In this document: piece after piece, positions 15,069 to 19,938 of the stretch
How the letters are laid out: each line of letters begins with the position of its first letter
Position numbering within the stretch: the stretch's first letter is position 1
Source of the DNA: a virus
Lineage: Duplodnaviria > Heunggongvirae > Uroviricota > Caudoviricetes
DNA: 19,938 nt
Virus record (IMG/VR): IMGVR_UViG_2737471861_000023
Strand: one strand, 5' to 3'
Program-made: the position numbers and the translations under genes
Notes under the pieces: generated by a model
What the model was told of the DNA's origin: nothing
The model's input: the letters and a program-made list of their open reading frames with translations, nothing else
Databases searched by the model: none

Positions 15069-15251
15069 ATGGAAACGTTATTACCAAACGTCAATACGTC
15101 TGAAGGTTGTTTTGAAATTGGTGTCAGAATCAGTAACCCTGTATTTACTGAAGATGCCATTAATAAGAGAAAACACGAACGGGAGCTATTAAATCAAATA
15201 TGCATTGTTTCAATGCTGGCCCGTTTACGCCTGATGCAAAAAGGACGCTGA
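15069..15251 (+). CDS. dicB: Cell-division inhibitor DicB, 60 aa
   Basis: Translation METLLPNVNTSEGCFEIGVRISNPVFTEDAINKRKHERELLNQICIVSMLARLRLMQKGR closely matches DicB as recalled. Confidence 0.9.
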   Translation: METLLPNVNTSEGCFEIGVRISNPVFTEDAINKRKHERELLNQICIVSMLARLRLMQKGR

Positions 15252-15253
15252 CA

Positions 15254-15457
15254 ATGAATACAGCATTTGCACTCGTTCTGACAGTTTTTCTTAATACAGG
15301 CGAACCAGTCGATCTTGTTATTGGTATACATGACTCAATGAAAGAATGCATGGCTGCCGCAGCGGAACAGAAAATTCCCGGCAACTGTTATCCGGTTGAT
15401 AAAGTTATTCGCATGGACAATAACGAAATCCCGGCAGGACTTAAAACAGCACCGTAA
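15254..15457 (+). CDS. ydfD: YdfD-like small membrane/lysis protein, 67 aa
   Basis: Internal start MNTAFALVLTVFLNTGEPVD... matches Qin YdfD as recalled; AAGGA SD; the track N-terminal extension overlaps dicB and is rejected. Confidence 0.75.
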   Translation: MNTAFALVLTVFLNTGEPVDLVIGIHDSMKECMAAAAEQKIPGNCYPVDKVIRMDNNEIPAGLKTAP

Positions 15458-15537
15458 TTAATATCCGGTTTCATTTTTATATGCCAGCAATGGCAGGGAT
15501 TTGTTCACCCTTAAATCTGTAATGAGGTTAAAACAAA

Positions 15538-16551
15538 ATGAGTAAAGTCTTTATTTGCGCCGCCATTCCGGACGAACAGGCAATAAAGGAAGAAGGTGCA
15601 GTCGCTGTAGCCACTGCCATTGAAGCCGGCGACGAACGCCGCGCCCGTGCCAAATTTACCTGGCAATTCCTGGAGCAATATCCGGCTGCTCAGGACTGCG
15701 CTTATAAATTTCTTGTTTGCGAGGATAAACCCGGCATGCCCCGCCCTGCCATCGACTCCTGGGATACCGAATATATGCTGGAAAACCGCTGGGATGAAGA
15801 GTCAGCCTCTTTTGTCCCGATCGAACCAGAATCCGATCCGATGAACGTCAATTTTGACAAGCTGTCCCTTGAAGTACAGAACGCGGTCCTGGTTAAGTTC
15901 GGTACATGTGAAAACATCACCGTTGATATGGTGATTAGTGCACAGGAATTGTTGCAGGAGGACATGGCAACATTCGACGGGCATATCGTTGAGGCATTGA
16001 TGAAAATGCCTGAAGTTAACGTCATGTATTCAGAACTAAAGCTGTTCGCCATCGGGTGGGTTAAACATAAATGTAAGCCGGGTGCAAAATGGCCTGAGAT
16101 CCAGACAGAATTACGCACCTGGAAAAAACGTCGCGAAGCCGAACGCAAAGAAACCGGGAAATACACGTCTGTTGTTGATCTTGCCCGCGCCAGAGTCAAC
16201 CGGCAGCACACTGAAAACTCAGCAGGAAAAATCAACCCCGCCACTGCCGCCATTCGTCGCGAATACAAGCAGACATGGAAAACGCTGGATGAAGAACTGG
16301 CCTACGCTCTGTGGCCTGGCGATATTAATGCCGGAAACATTGACGGCAGCATCCATCGCTGGGCAAAAAATGAAGTTATCGACAAAGATCGCGAAGACTG
16401 GAAGCGCATTTCCGCATCAATGCGCAAACAACCCGATGCCGTCCGCTACGACCGTCAGACTATTTTTGGCCTTGTCCGTGAGCGTCCGATCGACATTCAC
16501 AAAGATCCCGTGGCACTGAACAAATACATCACTGAATACCTGGCGACATAG
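15538..16551 (+). CDS. Hypothetical early-operon protein, 337 aa (YdfE-like)
   Basis: Long ORF in the position occupied by ydfE in Qin; sequence identity to YdfE not verified. Confidence 0.65.
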   Translation: MSKVFICAAIPDEQAIKEEGAVAVATAIEAGDERRARAKFTWQFLEQYPAAQDCAYKFLVCEDKPGMPRPAIDSWDTEYMLENRWDEESASFVPIEPESDPMNVNFDKLSLEVQNAVLVKFGTCENITVDMVISAQELLQEDMATFDGHIVEALMKMPEVNVMYSELKLFAIGWVKHKCKPGAKWPEIQTELRTWKKRREAERKETGKYTSVVDLARARVNRQHTENSAGKINPATAAIRREYKQTWKTLDEELAYALWPGDINAGNIDGSIHRWAKNEVIDKDREDWKRISASMRKQPDAVRYDRQTIFGLVRERPIDIHKDPVALNKYITEYLAT

Positions 16552-16554
16552 GGC

Positions 16555-17976
16555 GTGTTTGAGGATGAAGAAACAGACCAGAACACTGCTGATATTCTCC
16601 AGCCGTCAGCAGCACAAACTGATGCAGTGGAAACTGAAGTATCTGATACCCAAAAAAATGAAAGCACGCTGGAAACTGAACCATCTGTAGAGCGTGAGGG
16701 GCCGTTCTACTTCCTTTTCACCGATAAGGATGGCGAAAAATATGGTCGTGCAAACAAACTTTCTGGTCTGAATAAGGCGCTGGCTGCAGGGGCTACTGAA
16801 ATCACGAAAGAAGAATATTTTGCCCGCAAAAACGGCACATACTCAGGTTCACAACAAAATACTGGTGCATCTGACACGATCGCACAACCAGAGCCGGTAA
16901 AAGTTACCGCTGACGAAGTAAACAAAATTATGCAGGCAGCCAATATCAGCCAGCCTGACGCCAATAAGTTGCTTGCTGTATCACGTGGTGAATTTGTTGC
17001 AGGGATTAGCGACCCGAATGATCCGAAATGGGTGAAGGGGATTGAAACCCGCGATTCAGTGAATCAGAACCAGAAAGAAACGGAACAGAACGACCAGAAA
17101 GCGGAACAAAACAGCCCAAATGCGCAACAGGAGCCGGAAAAAGCCTGCACCGCCTGCGGTCAGACCAGCGGCGGCAACTGCCCTGATTGTGGTGCGGTGA
17201 TGGGCGACGCAACGTATCAGGAAACCTTTAATGAAGAAAATCTGGATGAATCTCAGGAAAAAGATCCGGAGGAAATGGAAGGCGCTGAACATCCACACAA
17301 GGAGAATGCTGGCAGCTATCAGGACCACGCCAGCGATAGCGAAACTGGCGAGACGGCAGATCCCTTAATTGCGGTGAACGGTCATCACGTTATCACATCC
17401 ACCAGCAGAGTGTGGTACCACCTGATGATCGACCTTGAAACGATGGGTAAAAAAAGTAATGCCCCCATCGTGGTTATTGGTGCTGTGTTCTTCGATCCGC
17501 AGACCGGGGAAATCGGGCCAACATTTTATATCGTTATCAGCCTGGTTGACGCTATGGACACGGGTGCTGTTCCTGATGGTTCCACCATCGAATGGTGGCT
17601 TGCTCAGTCCAGCGAAGCCAGATCTGCAATTTTAGTTGATCAGGTAAAACTGGTTGACGCTCTTATTCAATTTCGGGAATTCATCAATGAGTACTCGGAT
17701 GAAGAATTCGTTCAGGTATGGGGCAATGGTGCAACTTTCGACAACACTATTTTACGAACCTCGTACGAACGCCTGAACATCCCCTGCCCGTGGCGTTACT
17801 ACAACGATCGCGATGTACGTACAATCGTTGAACTGGGAAAAACTATCGGCTTCGATGCCAGAACAGTTATTCTATTTGAAGGCGTGCGCCACCATGCGCT
17901 GGATGATGCCCGTCACCAGGCGAAATACGTTACAGCCACGATACAAAAACTGATCCCGAATCAGGCTGATTTTTAA
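16555..17976 (+). CDS. DnaQ-like (DEDDh) 3'-5' exonuclease with acidic low-complexity N-terminal half and a CxxC-x7-CxxC zinc-ribbon, 473 aa, GTG start
   Basis: Exo motifs [21 protein letters not shown] and [13 protein letters not shown] in the C-terminal 190 aa; [16 protein letters not shown] zinc-ribbon; start codon uncertain (weak SD, 3 nt after upstream stop). Confidence 0.7.
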   Translation: MFEDEETDQNTADILQPSAAQTDAVETEVSDTQKNESTLETEPSVEREGPFYFLFTDKDGEKYGRANKLSGLNKALAAGATEITKEEYFARKNGTYSGSQQNTGASDTIAQPEPVKVTADEVNKIMQAANISQPDANKLLAVSRGEFVAGISDPNDPKWVKGIETRDSVNQNQKETEQNDQKAEQNSPNAQQEPEKACTACGQTSGGNCPDCGAVMGDATYQETFNEENLDESQEKDPEEMEGAEHPHKENAGSYQDHASDSETGETADPLIAVNGHHVITSTSRVWYHLMIDLETMGKKSNAPIVVIGAVFFDPQTGEIGPTFYIVISLVDAMDTGAVPDGSTIEWWLAQSSEARSAILVDQVKLVDALIQFREFINEYSDEEFVQVWGNGATFDNTILRTSYERLNIPCPWRYYNDRDVRTIVELGKTIGFDARTVILFEGVRHHALDDARHQAKYVTATIQKLIPNQADF

Positions 17977-18037
17977 TGTTCAACCGTCGCCAGTTGTAGT
18001 TGGTATTCTGCAACTGGCGCGTTCCGGAGTGATAACC

Positions 18038-18307
18038 ATGAGCGAACAGTACCTGATAACGCTCGATGAGTGGAAACCCAAACGGTTCAGTCTCCCAATA
18101 ACAAACACTACCCTGGTGAAATACGGAAAACTTGGATACATCGTACCAAGACCACAAAAAATTCGTGGACGTTGGCTGATAGATCGCCGGGCAGTATTTG
18201 TTGGACCTGGTGAAACGGGAATTGCGCCGGAAATTCATACTGGCGATGATGATGCACTGAAGGAGATTTTAACTCATGTCACCGAGGCCACGAAAAAACA
18301 GCACTGA
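18038..18307 (+). CDS. xis: Excisionase (lambda Xis-like), 89 aa
   Basis: N-terminal YLITLDEWKPKRFSLPITNTTLVKYGKLGYIVPRPQKIRGRWLI resembles lambda Xis pattern (YLTLQEW...RR...P..K.G); overlaps the integrase start. Confidence 0.65.
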   Translation: MSEQYLITLDEWKPKRFSLPITNTTLVKYGKLGYIVPRPQKIRGRWLIDRRAVFVGPGETGIAPEIHTGDDDALKEILTHVTEATKKQH

Positions 18308-19394
18308 CGTAGCCGGTCTTTACGAAAAGTTTGATCGCAGAACTGGCAGAGTTTACTACCAGTATAAAAACCCTGTGACTGGAAAATTTCACGGACTCGG
18401 AACAGACAAAGGCAAAGCTGAAAGAATCGCTTCCACAGCCAATCAGCGAATAGCTGCAGCAGAAGCCGAATATTTCATGCGCAAAATTGATGAAAGTCCA
18501 TCAGCAACAAAACGTCGGGGTATCAGATTAAAGGCATGGGTTGATCGATATCTGAAAATACAGGACACGCGACTGAAAAATGGAGATATTGCAGCTACAA
18601 CTCACAAAGAAAAAACTCGAATGGCTGCATACCTGGTTTCCCGTCTGGGAAACCACCCATTGAAAGAACTGGAAGTAAGAGACTTTGCATTAATACTGGA
18701 TGAGTGGCTGGATAAAGACATGGTCAGCACAGCGAGAGTAAATCGTGGATTATGGGTTGATATTTATAAAGAAGCACAGCATGCAGGGGAAGTTCCTCCT
18801 GGATGGAATCCTCCGGAGGCTACCCGTAAACCGATCCCTAAAGTAACCAGAGCCAGACTCACCCTGGAAGACTGGCAAAAAATTTACAACGCAACGCCTG
18901 AAAAACACTTTATCCGTAACGCAATGCTTCTTGCGATTGTTACTGGTCAGCGCCGTGATGACATTTGCCATATGCGTTTTTCAGATGTGTGGAACGAACA
19001 CCTGCATATTACCCAGGGAAAAACTGGAATGCGTCTGGCGTTACCGCTGACGCTACGCTGTGATGCCATTGGGATATCGCTAAAAGAAGTGATTGATGGA
19101 TGCAGGGACAGAATATTGAGTCCATACCTGATTCATAGTCGGCACCAAAAACAACCAAAACCAATGAGTAAAGACAACCTGAGCGATTACTTTGCCAAAG
19201 CGCGGGAGCTGGCTGGAATAATTCCACCAGCAGGAAAAACTCCGCCAACATTTCATGAACAACGTTCTCTATCAGAACGGCTGTACCGTGCACAGGGTAT
19301 CGATACAAAAACATTACTGGGACATAAAGTCCAGGCAACCACCGATCGTTATAACGATACTCGTGGTCAGGAATGGGTTAAATTGGTTGTTTGA
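18276..19394 (+). CDS. int: Tyrosine recombinase / phage integrase (lambda Int family), 372 aa
   Basis: Int-family N-terminal arm-binding region (YYQYKNPVTGKFHGLGTDKGKAERIA) and C-terminal catalytic residues (TGQRRDDICHMRF...LLGH...TDRY); AAGGAG SD. Confidence 0.9.
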   Translation: MSPRPRKNSTDVAGLYEKFDRRTGRVYYQYKNPVTGKFHGLGTDKGKAERIASTANQRIAAAEAEYFMRKIDESPSATKRRGIRLKAWVDRYLKIQDTRLKNGDIAATTHKEKTRMAAYLVSRLGNHPLKELEVRDFALILDEWLDKDMVSTARVNRGLWVDIYKEAQHAGEVPPGWNPPEATRKPIPKVTRARLTLEDWQKIYNATPEKHFIRNAMLLAIVTGQRRDDICHMRFSDVWNEHLHITQGKTGMRLALPLTLRCDAIGISLKEVIDGCRDRILSPYLIHSRHQKQPKPMSKDNLSDYFAKARELAGIIPPAGKTPPTFHEQRSLSERLYRAQGIDTKTLLGHKVQATTDRYNDTRGQEWVKLVV

Positions 19395-19438
19395 CGAAAT
19401 AAATACAGCTGAAAAATGTTGATATTACTTTGCTAGTG

Positions 19439-19462
19439 TAAAAACCCCGGCATCAACCGGGG
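19439..19462 (-). terminator. Intrinsic terminator for the minus-strand gene at the right edge (CCCCGG-loop-CCGGGG then T5-6 on minus)
   Basis: Hairpin 19445..19462 with A-run 19439..19444 on plus, read from sequence. Confidence 0.5.
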
Positions 19463-19470
19463 TTCGGAGA

Positions 19471-19938
19471 CTAATCTTGATCAGGTTCCTGCTTAGAATA
19501 ATGTTTTCCAACAATAAATGCCGTAACCAATGCAACAAGATCTATTGAAACGAGAGTTCCGGCAAGAACTGTCTCCCCCATGACGCCAAAGACAGTGGCA
19601 GCTAAGATGATCAATATTGCCAACCAAAAAGCCTTTGTTTGACCATCTCTGGCAATATCAATGCTATCAGCCACTGTTTTATGGCGATGAGCCTGCTCTT
19701 TTTCGGTCAACTCAACAAGTCGATTTGCAAGCCCTGGCACCAGTTGATCATACTTTTTAAGCATTGAAGGTGGCGGAACAGGCCCCTGAAAATGCTGGCA
19801 AACAATAGCCCGCACCTGCGGACTATCCAAAACCCTGTTTAAGACCTCTGGATTTTCGATTACTCGAGAAACCAGTTCATTATCCTTTTGTTCTTCACAA
19901 GTGAGTTTGGTGTTCTCACTTTCTTTTTGATCTGGCAT
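19471..19938 (-). CDS. Membrane protein, DUF2335-like, 155 aa (two C-terminal TM helices); start coincides with the window edge
   Basis: Motif HFQGPVPPPSMLKKYDQLVPGLANRLVELTEKEQAHRH recalled as DUF2335-like; hydrophobic C-terminus; may lie outside the prophage. Confidence 0.5.
   Translation of the reverse strand: MPDQKESENTKLTCEEQKDNELVSRVIENPEVLNRVLDSPQVRAIVCQHFQGPVPPPSMLKKYDQLVPGLANRLVELTEKEQAHRHKTVADSIDIARDGQTKAFWLAILIILAATVFGVMGETVLAGTLVSIDLVALVTAFIVGKHYSKQEPDQD

Larger units (their letters stand above)
1..19470. mobile_element. Lambdoid prophage (Qin/Rac-like mosaic), right-hand portion: lysis and late-control genes, nin-region genes, immunity/replication module, dicF-dicB early operon, xis-int; left boundary is outside the window
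   Basis: Gene content and order (bor, endolysin, holin, Q, rusA, hok, CI-like repressor, Cro-like ydaS, ydaT, ydaU, dicB, xis, int) recognised from the ORF translations; integrase gene ends at 19394. Confidence 0.85.

Noticed and set aside
16707-17328. Minus-strand track ORFs antisense to the exonuclease gene (16707..16964, 17006..17212, 17056..17328)
   Set aside because: Antisense frames within a long sense ORF; repetitive Arg/Phe/Leu-rich translations typical of reading a Glu/Gln/Lys-rich gene backwards
19395-19470. tRNA gene as integration target next to int
   Set aside because: Only 76 bp of AT-rich sequence plus a terminator hairpin; no cloverleaf-compatible segment seen

Overview
This window reads as the right-hand portion of a mosaic lambdoid prophage of the E. 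coli Qin/Rac type, ending at a tyrosine integrase near 19.4 kb. All calls rest on reading the supplied sequence and ORF track and on recalled protein families; no searches or computations were run. On the minus strand the late/lysis side runs: Q antiterminator (with rusA and a YdfU-like DUF968 gene upstream), then an ORF6N-domain gene and an AraC-family regulator, then holin, a small membrane protein and a GH108-type endolysin; bor and a DUF1398 gene lie on the plus strand at the left edge. The middle holds a Hok toxin gene, a lipoprotein gene, and a YdaS/YdaT/YdaU-like module divergent from a CI-like repressor. The plus-strand early operon carries ydfA/ydfB-like genes, a DicF-like sRNA, dicB, ydfD, a YdfE-like gene, a DnaQ-like exonuclease, xis and int. 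The most interesting element is an AT-rich two-gene cassette (7996..10346) between hok and the replication module: an AbiH-family protein (GNGFD motif) followed by a 463-aa protein of no family I recognise that carries a PD-(D/E)xK-like nuclease motif. I consider this a candidate undescribed two-gene anti-phage system. Other observations include helically phased CGTGAC repeat arrays inside the ydaU-like gene, paired TGTTTT-N6-AAAACA operator-like palindromes, a 29-codon hydrophobic ORF with a perfect Shine-Dalgarno upstream of hok, and a 19-bp long-range inverted repeat bracketing the DicF-dicB junction.
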